32,000 bases of DNA from Planctomycetales bacterium (GTDB lineage: Bacteria > 4484-113 > JAFGCY01). The notes below the pieces were generated by a model. The model was not told the origin of the DNA. It searched no databases and worked only from the letters and a program-made list of their open reading frames with translations. The position numbers and the translations under genes were made by a program. The stretch is taken from contig CP060262.1 of NCBI GenBank assembly GCA_022646745.1, forward strand, positions 3,870,001-3,902,000, given 5' to 3'. This document shows, one piece after another, positions 31,501 to 32,000 of this stretch (positions are counted from its first letter, which is position 1; each line of letters begins with the position of its first letter).

Positions 31501-32000
31501 AGGCAACGATCGAGATCACAGTGATGGACAATGATGACCCGGAAGCAAGCCTGACTGCTAATGGCATGGTATTCGACCTTAACACTCCTACGCCAATCGA
31601 ATTCGACGCATCAGGCAGTATGGACGTCAACGGTGATGTCATCACGGCGGACTGGGACTTTGACGGCGATGGGACCTTTGAGATTGAAGATGCTGACAAG
31701 GAAGTTCCACAGCAGTATTCCGGATGGAGCCTACCCGGCATGTACCTGGCGACGGTGATCATCACTGATGAGCATGGCGCGAGCGACTCCGCCATCTGGC
31801 CTGTGACGGTCACCGGCGGACAGCCGCCCCCGACCGTGACGATGAGCTCCCCCTGCGTGCAGGGTGAAGCCCCGCTGGCGGTGTACTTCGATGCCGACGG
31901 TTCCGATTCCAACGGCGTGATTGAGAAGTACGAGTTTGACTACGACGGCCCGGTCGGCGGCTGGAACTGGCAGGAGAGCGGCAAGGCGGACAAGGCCAGT
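28548..32000 (+). CDS. Giant surface lipoprotein: cohesin-like domain + dockerin-type Ca-binding repeats + at least 8 tandem PKD domains (3' end beyond window)
   Basis: It is absent from the ORF track because it has no stop, but I translated the frame by hand and it is open from ATG 28548 (GGGAGG upstream) to 32000. MRTVIVGAIALVMLCLGLASCGGGGG is a lipobox signal. DYDQNGLITISDLTPMGVNFG and DGDGNNVINISDITPIGIGFG are a dockerin repeat pair. The repeated pattern P.A...A....G..PL.V.FDASGS.D.DG.I..Y.WDFDGDG ... VTD is PKD-like. Confidence 0.85.
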   Translation, partial: MRTVIVGAIALVMLCLGLASCGGGGGQKGQFEFTGNPERFSLNVLDDSALGGELHGEFELKRHDEGDTVVLELQGRSVEDLRALYCEVEFNPNLFTPASAERSTLLGQAGVLELAVLDVPGTVTHGQLLIHPDEHSGFSGDGVLATMRFTRRPMEEFRTVSTPPSDPASQSMPQFDSVSGELSWLYRSTGDYDQNGLITISDLTPMGVNFGESDPDGFADTSVLSVVDGDGNNVINISDITPIGIGFGRSTSGGYNIYRSGSADEYPATPLGENGNGAQLLGNLPFSTAVGNPTVDRLAFSFEVSDPQTPGFYWIRPQDGAGNEGYASTMVSPPDGSLPVLSVPLPPAEGSGSLADPYVVKADDSVQFMLVDADSNDVTTDMLSSFTATPAEAAGFGTNDGLLTVKQGYVGAFSVSASFDGLSAAQVIRFSVGPPDGSPVAILNANKQYGSIPLSVSFDAGDSLSPGGEGFIVDYAFDWEDDGVYDDFGTTTVKSHSYAETGQYTARLRVTDNKDRTAEATLNILAYLPNGPNAQLVATPFNGQEPLPVDLDASGSTPKPDTEIVEFQFDFDNDFAFDDGTNSTGLLSTVFETAGVIPARVKVIDDNGLFTVAERKVTVSANAPPTALLALDPEAPYYLPATIDIDASGSSDIDGNIIGYSFDFDGDGEFDYEGLDANHQYTYDVAGDYTITLKVTDNGQKTGMQSIPISVFEDDRPVAELVADVTSGLNPLTVNFDATGSTDPENMIVAYEWDFNGDGDFSDLSETTGVAQFDYISAGNFEAGVRVRDADDNTSIATVTIAVTENKAPNADVRADKLSGFTPVTVEFDGSNSTDLDGTIELYEWDVDGDDDFDDGYGNVDTISIFYDNTGGAFTIKLRVTDDKFKSSTDSVTVNITNNLPPVADIQADVTSGFRPLHVNFDATASIDPDGTIANYRWDFDYDGVSPSFELEGAEDQPQWIFNDAGGSPFTVLLEVIDNGGKSSQATIEITVMDNDDPEASLTANGMVFDLNTPTPIEFDASGSMDVNGDVITADWDFDGDGTFEIEDADKEVPQQYSGWSLPGMYLATVIITDEHGASDSAIWPVTVTGGQPPPTVTMSSPCVQGEAPLAVYFDADGSDSNGVIEKYEFDYDGPVGGWNWQESGKADKAS

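Overview
High-GC (roughly 60%) bacterial chromosomal fragment, probably from an uncultured lineage rich in exported lipoproteins. About 30 genes are called. Housekeeping or recognisable genes: ftsH 5' end, PaaI-type thioesterase, AlkD-like alkylation repair protein, SRPBCC protein, tag, aldo/keto reductase, OsmC, a class I/II aminotransferase, hflX, csaB and tRNA-Pro(GGG). Many exported proteins carry carboxypeptidase-regulatory-like, Ig-like, beta-propeller, PKD and dockerin modules. Four things stand out. (1) A four-member family of signal-peptide-bearing TlpA/ResA-like thiol:disulfide oxidoreductases. Three members (4044..4946, 10995..11933, 12044..12967) have an in-frame TGA exactly where the fourth (3102..4004) has the first Cys of WCGPC. 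Each TGA is followed 10 nt later by a conserved hairpin with compensatory stem changes, so I read them as exported selenocysteine (UGPC) proteins that the ORF track splits in two. (2) A ~0.9 kb non-coding region (4974..5914) and a second one (16983..17494) are packed with unusual repeats: inverted blocks of GAGCAATGAG/heptamer repeats, and 24-nt phased units of GGAGG plus a GCAA/GTAA-tetraloop hairpin whose stems covary. (3) A lower-GC IS200-like Y1/HUH (RAYT-type) transposase gene is bracketed by 27-nt inverted palindromic GTAG-headed REP-like hairpins. (4) A ~1.3 kb low-GC three-gene cassette (tail-anchored coiled-coil protein, secreted protein, DUF4177-like protein) is bounded by a perfect 60-bp direct repeat that contains a terminator. 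No CRISPR array, rRNA or recognisable defence genes were seen. All functional calls rest on motif recognition by eye and none were checked against databases.
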